A DNA stretch of 64,000 nt from a virus (lineage: Duplodnaviria; Caudoviricetes): the IMG/VR virus record IMGVR_UViG_3300025018_000001. One strand, written 5' to 3'. The notes below the pieces were generated by a model, which saw only the letters and a list, made by a program, of their open reading frames with translations, did no database searches and was not told the DNA's origin. Below, one piece after another: positions 28,959 through 39,004 of this stretch (position 1 is its first letter; every line of letters starts with the position of its first letter). A program made the position numbers and the translations under genes.

Positions 28959-30296
28959 ATGACTATAGAGCAAGAGATTATAAAAAGGTTAGATGCAGCA
29001 GGATTCCAAGTTTTCATTGTAGGTGGTGCGATTAGAGATGAAATACTTGGTTTACCTATTAATGATATTGACTTTGCCACTAATGCAAGGCCAGAACAAA
29101 TTATTAAATTGTTCAAAGGAAAAAACATAGGGGTTGTAGGTAAAAGTTTTAAAGTTGTATTTGTAGAAGGAGTACAGATAGCCACATTCAGAAAAGATGT
29201 ACAGAACGTATTCTTTAGTGCAAAATTTTGTGAGCCTGTTTACGCAGATACAATACAAGAAGACCTTGAAAGAAGGGATCTAACTATGAACGCCATGGCA
29301 AGAGATGCCGTAACTGATGAGTTCTTTGACCTACATGGTGGTGTAGATGATATTCGTAATGGTATAATACGTTTAGTAGGCGACCCTATTGAACGAATTC
29401 AGCAAGATCCTAATAGAATAGTAAGAGCCTGTAGATTACTAGCTAAAACTGAAGGAATCTTTGCACCAGAGACTTATGCAGCATTATGTGAATGTGCTGT
29501 GTATATAAAGCGACATGTTGAAGCAGAACGCCTCTGTGATGAGATTATGAAAGCTATGGAGGTAAGGACACCTTCGCTGTTCTTTAGTGCTCTACACACT
29601 ATAGGGGCGTTAAAATATATATTTCCAGCAATGGCTGACTCGTTTGACTACAGTGGAGGGGAATACCATAAAGAAACTATTGGTGAACATCTAATGATGG
29701 CTGGTGATATTATCTCACCTAGATTTCCAGTACTTAGGTTAGCTGGATATCTGCATGATATAGGTAAACCAAAAGCATTTGATAAAGAAAAAGATGGTAG
29801 TTTTAAAGCCCATGAAGCGTATGGGGCTGAGATGGCCAATAGGTACCTACGCAAATTAAAATTCCCTAATAGTATTACAAATGAGGTTGTTGGGCTGATT
29901 GATAGCCACATGCGCGTCTGCCGTGGGTTAACACCTAAAGGTATCAGACGTTTAAGAAAACATTTAGCGGACTCAAATGTAGACCCTAGAAGCTTTCTAC
30001 GTTTGAAGTTAGCTGATAGGTCTGCAAATATGTACAGGTCACCGAGCGAAATTAAACCAATAAAAGAATTAATAATTAATGCGGGTATTCGTTGTGACCC
30101 TAATGAAGTATCTGTGGTATCCTTGAAAGACTTAGCTATATCTGGTGGAGAATTAATGAAAGAATTCAATTTACCACAGGGTGCTATAATAGGTGAAATA
30201 CATAGGGCATTGTTGGAATTTATTATAGAAGAAGGCGATGAATTCAATACCTATGATATATTGAGAAATAAAGCGAAAGAGTTACTACAACAGTAA
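28959..30296 (+). CDS. cca: CCA-adding/poly(A) polymerase-family nucleotidyltransferase with HD domain
   Basis: VGGAIRD, DIDFAT, DLERRDLTMNAMA, DPNRIVRA, ERL, LHDIGKP, H. Confidence 0.9.
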   Translation: MTIEQEIIKRLDAAGFQVFIVGGAIRDEILGLPINDIDFATNARPEQIIKLFKGKNIGVVGKSFKVVFVEGVQIATFRKDVQNVFFSAKFCEPVYADTIQEDLERRDLTMNAMARDAVTDEFFDLHGGVDDIRNGIIRLVGDPIERIQQDPNRIVRACRLLAKTEGIFAPETYAALCECAVYIKRHVEAERLCDEIMKAMEVRTPSLFFSALHTIGALKYIFPAMADSFDYSGGEYHKETIGEHLMMAGDIISPRFPVLRLAGYLHDIGKPKAFDKEKDGSFKAHEAYGAEMANRYLRKLKFPNSITNEVVGLIDSHMRVCRGLTPKGIRRLRKHLADSNVDPRSFLRLKLADRSANMYRSPSEIKPIKELIINAGIRCDPNEVSVVSLKDLAISGGELMKEFNLPQGAIIGEIHRALLEFIIEEGDEFNTYDILRNKAKELLQQ

Positions 30297-30300
30297 CATG

Positions 30301-30419
30301 TTACCTTAACCCACAGCAGGTGCAGTGGTCAGAAACACTTCAGATCTCGACGGTTCAACTCCGGTCAATGTCGGTACGTGAGGATGTGAAGGTTCTTGGT
30401 TCAATTCCAGGATAGGTAA
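30301..30419 (+). ncRNA. tRNA-like RNA with two T-loop hairpins
   Basis: TTACCT/AGGTAA terminal stem; CTTGG-TTCAATT-CCAGG and GACGG-TTCAACT-CCGGTC; D-like AGTGGTCAG loop. Confidence 0.55.
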
Positions 30420-30446
30420 TATAATAAAACAATGAGGTAGTTAAAT

Positions 30447-30797
30447 ATGGAAGAAAATTCAAAAGTACTAACTGACGCACAGTTTCAAGGATTTAGAGAT
30501 CAAGTAAAGGATTCAACCAATAGAATGCTACATAATTTTATTACTATGTTTCTTTTTCTTGGTGTGTATGAAAGAAGTGATAAAGCAACAAAAGATAAAA
30601 TTGCTGAGTTCATTAGTATAATCAGAGAAGATATTACAACAGTTCATACTAAAAAAGCAGTAGCAACATTTGAATTGTCACAAGATCAGATAGACCTAAT
30701 CCAAAAAGAAATGACTATCATACTTGATGGATGCTTGGCACCTATGACAAAACTCATAGAAAGAGATAAGGAAAAAGTAGATGAACAGAAAGGTTAA
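30447..30797 (+). CDS. Hypothetical protein
   Basis: GAGG RBS. Confidence 0.7.
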   Translation: MEENSKVLTDAQFQGFRDQVKDSTNRMLHNFITMFLFLGVYERSDKATKDKIAEFISIIREDITTVHTKKAVATFELSQDQIDLIQKEMTIILDGCLAPMTKLIERDKEKVDEQKG

Positions 30798-31314
30798 TTA
30801 TTTTTGGACTGCTGATGAACACTACTTCCATTTTAACGCCATTAAGTATTGCAATAGGCCATACAGTAATACTGATGAAATGAATCATGATATGATTACT
30901 AAAAATAATGAAGTAGTTACAAATAATGATGTTGTTGTTCACGTTGGTGACTTCACCTTGGCTAACCAAACCCAAGCCGCATCAATTATAAAACAATTAA
31001 ATGGCCAACATGTATTTGTAATTGGTAGTCATGATAAGTGGTTGGGTGGTAGAGGTAAGCATATTTGGGAGAAGACTATAGAAGGACAGCATATTGTATG
31101 TTGCCATTATGCTATGTATTCTTGGCCAAGGTCACATTATGGTAGTTTTTTACTTTATGGTCATCACCACGGTAAATTTTCCATACCGTGTAAAGCTATT
31201 GATGTTGGGGTAGATACAAATAATTTTTATCCATACTCTTTTGAGCAAATGATGGCAGCTATGGTGAATAAACCTACAACTCCCGGTGTAATACGAGATA
31301 AGTATAAAAAATAG
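30781..31314 (+). CDS. Phage-type metallophosphoesterase
   Basis: ADEHYFH, HVGDF, GSHD, HY, LYGHHHG, DVGVD. Confidence 0.9.
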   Translation: MNRKVNYFWTADEHYFHFNAIKYCNRPYSNTDEMNHDMITKNNEVVTNNDVVVHVGDFTLANQTQAASIIKQLNGQHVFVIGSHDKWLGGRGKHIWEKTIEGQHIVCCHYAMYSWPRSHYGSFLLYGHHHGKFSIPCKAIDVGVDTNNFYPYSFEQMMAAMVNKPTTPGVIRDKYKK

Positions 31315-31328
31315 GTATTGTGGTGTTG

Positions 31329-31355
31329 TGGGGGATAGTGGTACTGGTGTTTTGG
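31329..31355 (+). repeat. 27-nt motif, copy 4
   Basis: tgggggatagtggtactggtgttttgg. Confidence 0.85.
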
Positions 31356-31402
31356 GTGGGTGCCCTTAAGATACATTATAAACTAAAGGAAGTTTAACTA
31401 AA

Positions 31403-32182
31403 GTGATGGATACTAAATTAATTGTTAACAATTTTCGTACTAGTAGTTACTACTCATGTGGAGTGCAGTGGGCGTTTGTTGGTAAAGTTGAAAAAGATTA
31501 TGAGTTACTGCATGAACCTTTGACATGTAAAGATTATACACATGAAATAATCTGCAATACCATTCATGGGAAAAGTCTATATTCTAATGGTGTTTCAAGA
31601 GTGCTACCGCTTGACTTGGAAAAATTACAGGTAGTTCTTGTAGTACCAGTTGCAAAAGTTACTGCAAGTAAAGATACTGTAAAAAATATAGTCTATGGTG
31701 CTAAAAAAGTATTTAGTGCTCTAGAAACAGCTGGAGGATTACCCAAGACATTAATAAAAGAAGTAACTCCAAGTAAGGCTGATAATGGTCAAAGATTTTT
31801 TATCCTAACAATGAAAAAACACATGACAGAGTCTCCTGTATTATTTCATTCTTTGATAGCTTTAATTAGGACCGCTGTGGTACTTGGTAAAGAATTGAAA
31901 GAAGATAATGTAGAGAATGCTTTTCTTGGGCGATATGAAAAAGACTCTGAAATACTAACTAATTTGTTTCAATCCGGTACACTAAAATTACTGCTCAAAG
32001 AACACAAGACAATTTTTGCAGGTGATGTGGATCTTAAAGTAATATATCCACAAAAGAGTGAGTCTGATGCAAGTTATCACAGTGGCTTCGGCCCAGTAGC
32101 CTTACAAAGAAAGCAGCTATGCTCTAAATGGTACGGGGACAATTTATACAAACTTTTAAAAAATAATAACATAGAATTCTAA
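31403..32182 (+). CDS. Hypothetical protein; paralogue of the repeated domain in 34154..35737
   Basis: WAF...CKDY...SPVLFHSLIALIR...SGFGPVAL. Confidence 0.7.
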   Translation: MMDTKLIVNNFRTSSYYSCGVQWAFVGKVEKDYELLHEPLTCKDYTHEIICNTIHGKSLYSNGVSRVLPLDLEKLQVVLVVPVAKVTASKDTVKNIVYGAKKVFSALETAGGLPKTLIKEVTPSKADNGQRFFILTMKKHMTESPVLFHSLIALIRTAVVLGKELKEDNVENAFLGRYEKDSEILTNLFQSGTLKLLLKEHKTIFAGDVDLKVIYPQKSESDASYHSGFGPVALQRKQLCSKWYGDNLYKLLKNNNIEF

Positions 32183-33024
32183 TGATTGAAAATACTGACT
32201 TTATATTAAAAGAACCCAAAAATCCTTCATACTCCGTTACGTATGGTCTATACACAGATAAAGAAAAATATCCGTGGAATAGTATTAAAAATCCGTATAT
32301 AGATGAGACAGAAAGTACAATAGAAGGTGTATTGTCTAAAGCTAACGTAGCTAAATGGCACGCATGTTTTTCCAGTTTAGGTGATAGATTAAGTAATAAA
32401 GACTATACAAGAATAGTTTATTATTTTAAACCACATGATACAATGTCAAAGAAAATAAGTTTGCGTTGGTTAATATTAGCAAAACAACACAAGCTTCTAC
32501 CAAGATATGTTAATGTGAAAAAAATAATAGAAAAGAATAATGTAGTCTTTGATTTAACAAAAGGTAGTTTTAATTTACTGTATGCCTATTTAGCTACAGT
32601 ACGAATGATTGTAGAAGAACCTGCCTATGTTAAAAATGCACTAATGTTGGTGGATAAATATAAAATTGACTACTATGTTGCAGTTGTTGCAGCTTCTTAC
32701 TTCTGTTTCAGAAACTTTGGTCATTCTTTTTTTAATCCTGGTAATACTTACCCAGGTTTACATTCACCAGATAAATTAACTAAATTATCACTTAAGACAG
32801 TTTTAGGTGTGTATAGATTTGTTAATAAAGATGTTAATACTATAGTAAACGATAGTAAACATTTTTCTGCTACTAGCGAAGTTAGTGGGCTTTCCAAAAC
32901 AAATGCTGTACTTGATATAAATAAGTGCATTGGTGTAAACGTCCTTAATGTATTAAAAGCAAAAAATGATACGGAGGCGGAAAAAGAGCTTAAAAATATA
33001 TGGGGGGTGATTAATGCAACGTGA
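32182..33024 (+). CDS. Hypothetical protein
   Basis: TAATG overlap, ORF. Confidence 0.7.
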   Translation: MIENTDFILKEPKNPSYSVTYGLYTDKEKYPWNSIKNPYIDETESTIEGVLSKANVAKWHACFSSLGDRLSNKDYTRIVYYFKPHDTMSKKISLRWLILAKQHKLLPRYVNVKKIIEKNNVVFDLTKGSFNLLYAYLATVRMIVEEPAYVKNALMLVDKYKIDYYVAVVAASYFCFRNFGHSFFNPGNTYPGLHSPDKLTKLSLKTVLGVYRFVNKDVNTIVNDSKHFSATSEVSGLSKTNAVLDINKCIGVNVLNVLKAKNDTEAEKELKNIWGVINAT

Positions 33025-33466
33025 AGATTTAGTGCATATACTACCTGGGGTAACTCAGGTACTTTTTGATGATGATGAAAACCCAGAGTATGGTTGGGTA
33101 GATGACGACATGGATGATATGATTGGTGGAACCTTTTTAGTGCAGGAAGTATTAAGTGAGGGTGTTATTCTAAAACATCCTTCTGGAAAAAAATATTCGT
33201 TTCATTACTCTACAATTACTTTAGTTAAAAGTGTACCATACTTTGATACACACATAGAAAACGTTCCAGTAAGTTGCATTAACAAACTGGAACTATCATT
33301 TTTTGAAAGACATTGCAATTATAATGACTATGCAGCAATCAAAAAAATGCTTAAAGCTAAAAGAGTATTGGAGTTTGATAAGGACACCTTGAATCAAATA
33401 CAGCAGCAGTACCCAAGAGTTATTGGTGCTATGCTAAGTAATAAAAAATTAAAAAAAGTAGGATAA
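33014..33466 (+). CDS. Hypothetical protein
   Basis: ORF track. Confidence 0.65.
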   Translation: MQREDLVHILPGVTQVLFDDDENPEYGWVDDDMDDMIGGTFLVQEVLSEGVILKHPSGKKYSFHYSTITLVKSVPYFDTHIENVPVSCINKLELSFFERHCNYNDYAAIKKMLKAKRVLEFDKDTLNQIQQQYPRVIGAMLSNKKLKKVG

Positions 33467-33467
33467 A

Positions 33468-33686
33468 ATGCAAGATGACATGGATAATGATGATAATAGC
33501 CGTAGATACGAATTAAACAAAAAATATCCAAAGGCTAGAGATCAAGATAAGAAAATAAGAAGTCCAGTCAGTAAAGGAAGTGTCAGATCACAAGGCAAAA
33601 AAGCATTGAGAAGATATGTAGATATCTTTACAGCTAAAGGAATTGACGACGACGAAGACTTCGACGATTTTGCTGAATGTGATTGA
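33468..33686 (+). CDS. Small hypothetical protein
   Basis: ORF track. Confidence 0.55.
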   Translation: MQDDMDNDDNSRRYELNKKYPKARDQDKKIRSPVSKGSVRSQGKKALRRYVDIFTAKGIDDDEDFDDFAECD

Positions 33687-33717
33687 TATATTATAGTGCT
33701 CATTTAAAGGATTAGAA

Positions 33718-34149
33718 ATGTACGAATTATTATCTAAAGAAGAGGAAGAAGAATTTAGAAGTGATGTTTCGCCAATAGTAAAGCGAGATACTAAAATTCC
33801 TCCTGTCAGAGAAGAAAAACCATTTAATGTGTATGTTGGTAAATACAACAGAGCGGTGAGTAACGACTCATTAATATTGAGTGGCGTATATGTAGAGCAC
33901 CTTAAAACTGGTATAGTAAAATTTTTAATATCACAAGCTCCAGAAAGAATAAAAAGTGAGCAAGGTGCTTACATAGTATTTTGTGAGATGTTGTTGGATC
34001 ATTTTGTAAAATTAACTAAAGAAAAGAGTTTGCAGTCATTGCTGATGCATACTAGTGACTTAACAGTTTTGGAAGTGTTATTAAAAAATAAATTTGAAAT
34101 AACAAAAACAAAAAATAACTTTTATAGGGCGTTTAAAGTATTAAACTGA
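33718..34149 (+). CDS. Hypothetical protein, possibly GNAT-like
   Basis: Weak pattern ...LLDHFVK...LLMHTS...LLKNKFEI. Confidence 0.55.
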   Translation: MYELLSKEEEEEFRSDVSPIVKRDTKIPPVREEKPFNVYVGKYNRAVSNDSLILSGVYVEHLKTGIVKFLISQAPERIKSEQGAYIVFCEMLLDHFVKLTKEKSLQSLLMHTSDLTVLEVLLKNKFEITKTKNNFYRAFKVLN

Positions 34150-34153
34150 CGAT

Positions 34154-35737
34154 ATGAAACAATCAAAAATAAAAATAGAGCCATTCGTAACAGATAAAAA
34201 CTTAAGTGAAATTTATCAAACTTCAAAAATTACATTTGCTTTTCTATCAGCACCGCGAGATGGTAATAAACAATGCCATCAATTTGTTAAATGTAGAGAC
34301 TTTCTTCAAGACGCCTTAAGAACATCTTTAACAGGTGTAGCGTCAAAGATATACGGGTTTGAATTTGATGTAAAAAAGAACCCACCAATTGATAATAGAA
34401 AGACAAGAATGATTATTCGCAGTAACATGGCAGACAAAGAGTTTGAGAAAGTTATACTCAAAGCTGAGAAATTGCTGCATCATTACGAACATATGGCAGG
34501 TGTAGTATCAACGTCGATATCTAAAAATGGGAAAGATTATATCCTTTGTAGTTCCAATTTCTGGATGTTTTCTCCTGTATTAATATCGTTATATACGTTG
34601 CTAATTCGTTTAGGTGAATACGATTTAAATTTTACAAAATTCGATAACGTAAGTCTTTTAAAAGCTTACGACACTTTAGCAAAGTCTACAAAGACAGACA
34701 ATGAGGTAAGTTACGTACGAAGTGTAAAAGCTTATATTCATAAGATAGTTATAAATAGTCATTATGTTTTTACAACATTACGTAAGAATAACTATGACGA
34801 TATCTATTTTAAAGATGCCACAATCCACACATTCCACAATGACTCAGGTATAGTTGCATTATGTACTGCCACAGACGCCTCTAAAATACATCATAATAAT
34901 TATAAACGTCTTCAAGACACTTTAAAAGATGATGTAGAAAAAATCAGTGATTTACCTGTTGTATTTTGTCCTGGTACTTATGACATCAGTAAATACTATG
35001 CTCCTAACGGTTGGAACTTTGCGGTTGTTGATATGGTAGATGATGTACATAAAGTCATAACACAATTTGCAAAATGCAGAGAACAGCTTACTGCTAGATT
35101 TGGTAAAGAGTGCAAAAACAAAACATTTGATAAATTCAATATGTGTGTAGTAGTAGATGGTACGTTAGATGACTCTGCAAGAATGATGCGTCACAAAAGA
35201 GAGCTGTTCCTTGCCAAAAGGGTCCTCAATTTTATTGAGGCAAAGTATGATATAAAAAAGACTACAATATCCACAGTGTGTCTAAAGATTGCTAAAACGC
35301 GTCGTAGATATTACAGTTGGTTGTTTTCTGGCAGTACTGAGTGGTTAAATAGTCCAGTAATGTTAAGTCTTTACTCTCTTATTATTAGAGCTGTTGCGAA
35401 CTATTGCTCATACTCTGGTAAAGATCCAAAGAATATTAATGATGACGTACTTGATGAAATCTATTCTTACAGACGAGGTACGAATTCTTACTCGAATAAA
35501 GATTTATTATTATTGAAATCTTTTTGTAAACAGATTGATAAGATATTACAAAATAGGAAAGAGTTATTTGCTAATGATACTACTATGGCAGATAATTACT
35601 TTGTGTCCGAGAAAAAAGTTAAGGAATTGGTTTATGCAAACGCTCCTTTTAGTACGATTGGTGTGGCTTCACTTGTTAACAATCAACATATAGATCATGA
35701 ATTACAGAAAAAATTTAAGGAGTTAAAAGCATGTTAA
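34154..35737 (+). CDS. Hypothetical protein with two copies of an uncharacterised domain
   Basis: KCRDF/KCREQ, SPVLISLYTLLIR/SPVMLSLYSLIIR, SGIVAL/IGVASL. Confidence 0.75.
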   Translation: MKQSKIKIEPFVTDKNLSEIYQTSKITFAFLSAPRDGNKQCHQFVKCRDFLQDALRTSLTGVASKIYGFEFDVKKNPPIDNRKTRMIIRSNMADKEFEKVILKAEKLLHHYEHMAGVVSTSISKNGKDYILCSSNFWMFSPVLISLYTLLIRLGEYDLNFTKFDNVSLLKAYDTLAKSTKTDNEVSYVRSVKAYIHKIVINSHYVFTTLRKNNYDDIYFKDATIHTFHNDSGIVALCTATDASKIHHNNYKRLQDTLKDDVEKISDLPVVFCPGTYDISKYYAPNGWNFAVVDMVDDVHKVITQFAKCREQLTARFGKECKNKTFDKFNMCVVVDGTLDDSARMMRHKRELFLAKRVLNFIEAKYDIKKTTISTVCLKIAKTRRRYYSWLFSGSTEWLNSPVMLSLYSLIIRAVANYCSYSGKDPKNINDDVLDEIYSYRRGTNSYSNKDLLLLKSFCKQIDKILQNRKELFANDTTMADNYFVSEKKVKELVYANAPFSTIGVASLVNNQHIDHELQKKFKELKAC

Positions 35738-36636
35738 AGCGTAACACGATAGGTACAGATCCTGAGTTTTTCATTCGTTCAGATAAAGGTAAATATCTGA
35801 ATGCAGAAACAATGTTCCCAGGCACTAAGGATGAACCTTTTCCTATGAATAGTGGAGCTGGGTTACAGACGGATAATGTGGCTGTGGAGTTTGCTAGCCC
35901 AGTGGGTAAAGATGGTGGGGATTTAGTTACTAAGCTCAGAAATACTTTTAAAGAGCTTTTTCTTATGATGCCCGCCAATACCGTACTTGACTTATCACCA
36001 GCAGCATTGTTTGATAATGATCAGTTACAAACAGAACAAGCGCAGTTGTTTGGTTGTTCTCCAAGTTACTGTGCGTGGGATTTGGTTGAAAATGAAAGAC
36101 CGAATGCAACAGTAAGTAATTTAAGAAGCGTAGGTGCTCATATTCACATTGGTAAAGCAGATGGGGATGGTAATGACTTCCTACTAGATCCGTATGGTAA
36201 AATCAATACCGTACGTATGTGTGATGCTTTTCATGGTATTATTAGTGTTGTTTTAGATACCTCAAAAGAAAGTGTAATGAGAAAAGCACTTTATGGTAAG
36301 GCTGGAGAACACAGACCAAAAGAGTATGGGGTAGAATATAGAACACTATCCCCATTCTGGATGAAAAGCCCAAGCCTAGTAATGCTTATTGATGCATTGA
36401 CAACAGATGCGCTCAGGTTCGTAAGAGAAGAGCGTCATGAAGAATTAATAGCTGAACTTGGTGGGGCCGAAGTTATACGTAATATAATTAACAACGGCGA
36501 TGTTGACAAAGCTAGAGAAGTGATTGAGAATGTATTGTTTAATCACATGTCTGAAGATTCTAAACATTTCTTCAAAGAATGTAGCGATGCTATAGCACAG
36601 TATGATTTTAAGAAAGAATGGCAACTAACTGCCTAA
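35731..36636 (+). CDS. phiEco32-like COOH-NH2 ligase type 2 (copy 1)
   Basis: IGTDPEFF, DNVAVEF, GCSPSY, RSVGAHIHIG, LYGKAGEHR.K.YGVEYRTLSPFW. Confidence 0.9.
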   Translation: MLKRNTIGTDPEFFIRSDKGKYLNAETMFPGTKDEPFPMNSGAGLQTDNVAVEFASPVGKDGGDLVTKLRNTFKELFLMMPANTVLDLSPAALFDNDQLQTEQAQLFGCSPSYCAWDLVENERPNATVSNLRSVGAHIHIGKADGDGNDFLLDPYGKINTVRMCDAFHGIISVVLDTSKESVMRKALYGKAGEHRPKEYGVEYRTLSPFWMKSPSLVMLIDALTTDALRFVREERHEELIAELGGAEVIRNIINNGDVDKAREVIENVLFNHMSEDSKHFFKECSDAIAQYDFKKEWQLTA

Positions 36637-36664
36637 TTACAAAATAATTTCACAGAGGAAAAAC

Positions 36665-37444
36665 ATGAAAATTGCACTACCTATATTTGATGGCGGTACC
36701 AGATTGGGAATTAATTCCGTGTATGTTCATTTTATTAGCAATGCTGGATTTGAACCATTTTTGGTAACAAGCGCAAATGATTTCAAAAAAGTAGCTACGG
36801 AATGTGATGGCTTACTATTACCTGGGGGTATTGACGTAGAACCTACTTTTTACGGGGAAGACAACTTCGGTAGTGAAAACTGTGACCCAGAGAAAGATGA
36901 TTTTGATAGAAGATTACTTCATGCATTCATTGCTGAAGGTAAAAAAGTATTTGGTATTTGTAGAGGGCACCAACTTATTGTTAAAGAGTTCTTGCACGTG
37001 TTTCATGATGCCTGTCAAGGTATGTCATTTTGGCAACACATTAATAACCATGCTTTAGCTACGGCTAGAAGTGCTAAACGTTCAACACCTACTCATAGCG
37101 TTACTGTAAATCCCGCAATTCTGTATGGTTTACATGATGGGCAGAAGCTTAGTAATATTTTCACAAATTCCATGCATCATCAAGCATTGTTGGTGGATGG
37201 TACTAAGAACTTATCAAAAGTTATTGATGCGAATAATTTCATCAAATGCATTGGTGTTACCCCTTTCGGTGCACCAACATCAAAAGAGAACGATTGGTTA
37301 GTTGTTGAAGCTGTTGATATAAAGCTGAATGGTGTTTTAATGCGCGGCGTACAATGGCATCCAGAAGAGCTTATGGATATCGGCTTGCTAACTCATTATT
37401 TTGCGGGGGTAGCAAAGGCAGATGGAGTCAAATTATACAGGTAA
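36665..37444 (+). CDS. Class I glutamine amidotransferase / peptidase C26 family (copy 1)
   Basis: LLPGGIDVEP..YGE, GICRGHQ, NSMHHQA, VQWHPE. Confidence 0.9.
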   Translation: MKIALPIFDGGTRLGINSVYVHFISNAGFEPFLVTSANDFKKVATECDGLLLPGGIDVEPTFYGEDNFGSENCDPEKDDFDRRLLHAFIAEGKKVFGICRGHQLIVKEFLHVFHDACQGMSFWQHINNHALATARSAKRSTPTHSVTVNPAILYGLHDGQKLSNIFTNSMHHQALLVDGTKNLSKVIDANNFIKCIGVTPFGAPTSKENDWLVVEAVDIKLNGVLMRGVQWHPEELMDIGLLTHYFAGVAKADGVKLYR

Positions 37445-37670
37445 AATATTCTGGTCTGCTGAGATAGGCTTCGGAGATAATTCGATACATTTTCGCAGAG
37501 TTACAAGGGTTGACTTAAAGGAGTACATTGCTAGTGCTCCTGAGAGTATCAAATCAATAAAAGACGTAGATATCATAAACAAGTATGTAGTTCCTTTTGT
37601 TTATGATATGTATAAACTCCGCAAACATAATATACAATATGTAATCGTAAAGAGGGCTGCAATAGAATGA
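37422..37670 (+). CDS. Hypothetical protein
   Basis: ORF overlapping its neighbours. Confidence 0.5.
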   Translation: MESNYTGKIFWSAEIGFGDNSIHFRRVTRVDLKEYIASAPESIKSIKDVDIINKYVVPFVYDMYKLRKHNIQYVIVKRAAIE

Positions 37671-38050
37671 GTAAAGAATTGAAAGTATTTGTATATGGTA
37701 CGTTGAAAGTTGGTGGTAGATTTTCAACACGTTTTGATGCATCAAGAATAACTTCAAGAGTCGGTAGAATTAGAGGTGAATTGTACGACTTAGGTAGTTT
37801 TCCAGGTGTGAAGTTACAAGGAGATTCTGAAGTAATAGGAGAAGTGCATACATACAAAAATGCTGAAGAAGTAGAAAAGTCTTTTGATAGAATTGAAGGC
37901 TTCAGCGGAGCAGGTAAACCTCATAATCTTTATGAGAAACGTGTAGTAACTGCCTTCACTGACGATGGTGAGGAGTCATGTATTATGTATGAGTTTGCAC
38001 GTCCAATTGAAGCAGATAGAAAAATAAAGGAAGGAGTATGGCAGATATGA
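37667..38050 (+). CDS. Gamma-glutamylcyclotransferase (GGCT/AIG2-like)
   Basis: VFVYGTLK, LYDLGSFPG, GEV, FDRIEG, LYEK. Confidence 0.9.
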   Translation: MSKELKVFVYGTLKVGGRFSTRFDASRITSRVGRIRGELYDLGSFPGVKLQGDSEVIGEVHTYKNAEEVEKSFDRIEGFSGAGKPHNLYEKRVVTAFTDDGEESCIMYEFARPIEADRKIKEGVWQI

Positions 38051-38316
38051 AAATATTTGGATTAGTCACCAACGACTTTGAAATTGAAATAGGTAAAAAG
38101 TTTGATGACGCTGGTGAAGCTCATGTAGTAAAAGAAATAAAATATTTTGAGTCCTCTCAAGTGTACAACAGGTTCATACACGAACCTATTTACGTAGTAG
38201 AGTATACTGAAGGTACAATGAAAACAGTAATACCAGTAAGAGCTGTAACAGCGCTACAAATAGATACTAAAAAAGAAGAGGCAATTAAGCCTGACTTAGC
38301 TGGACTCGGTGAATAA
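38038..38316 (+). CDS. Hypothetical protein
   Basis: AAGGAG RBS. Confidence 0.65.
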   Translation: MADMKIFGLVTNDFEIEIGKKFDDAGEAHVVKEIKYFESSQVYNRFIHEPIYVVEYTEGTMKTVIPVRAVTALQIDTKKEEAIKPDLAGLGE

Positions 38317-38999
38317 TGAAGATTTTAATTGTTGGTGGTTATGATGGTTATGAAACTCCTTTCGTAGGTTTAGGGGACATAACATTCGACGAAGACGAAT
38401 TCTTGGCCGCACCAGAAGATTTTGGTTTGTTGGTATTTGCCGGTGGTGAGGATGTGAATCCTGCATTTTACGGACATACCTCACCAAAACATATGTGTGG
38501 TTATAATACACGAAGAGACGTTGCAGAAAAAGAACTTTACGACATTGCAGCAAAGTATAATATTAAAATGACTGGTATATGCCGTGGAAGTCAATTTCTT
38601 AATGTAATGGCTGGTGGTGTGATGATGCATCATATTACTAATCATGGTGTGAGTCACTTAATGACTACCATAGATGGTAAAGATATTCAAGTTACATCAA
38701 CGCATCATCAGATGTGTATGCCAGCACAACACGGGCATATAATGGCGTGGTCTTCTGAACGTAGGTCTACTGTTTACTACGGCGATAAAGATGAGCAAGT
38801 AAAATATACTGGAAGAGAAGTTGAAAGTATATATTACCCAAAAGAAAATATATTTGCTGTACAATTTCATCCAGAATATATGAACCGCGAGAGTGCTGGC
38901 TTTAATTGGTATAGGAGTACAGTAGTTGATTTTTTGCAGTTGTCCGAAGAAGAGTTTACAAAGAAATATTTAACTAAATCTTTGGAAGCTACTGTATAA
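38316..38999 (+). CDS. Class I glutamine amidotransferase / peptidase C26 family (copy 2)
   Basis: FAGGEDVNP..YG, GICRGSQ, STHHQM, VQFHPE. Confidence 0.9.
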   Translation: MKILIVGGYDGYETPFVGLGDITFDEDEFLAAPEDFGLLVFAGGEDVNPAFYGHTSPKHMCGYNTRRDVAEKELYDIAAKYNIKMTGICRGSQFLNVMAGGVMMHHITNHGVSHLMTTIDGKDIQVTSTHHQMCMPAQHGHIMAWSSERRSTVYYGDKDEQVKYTGREVESIYYPKENIFAVQFHPEYMNRESAGFNWYRSTVVDFLQLSEEEFTKKYLTKSLEATV

Positions 39000-39004
39000 A
39001 TACT

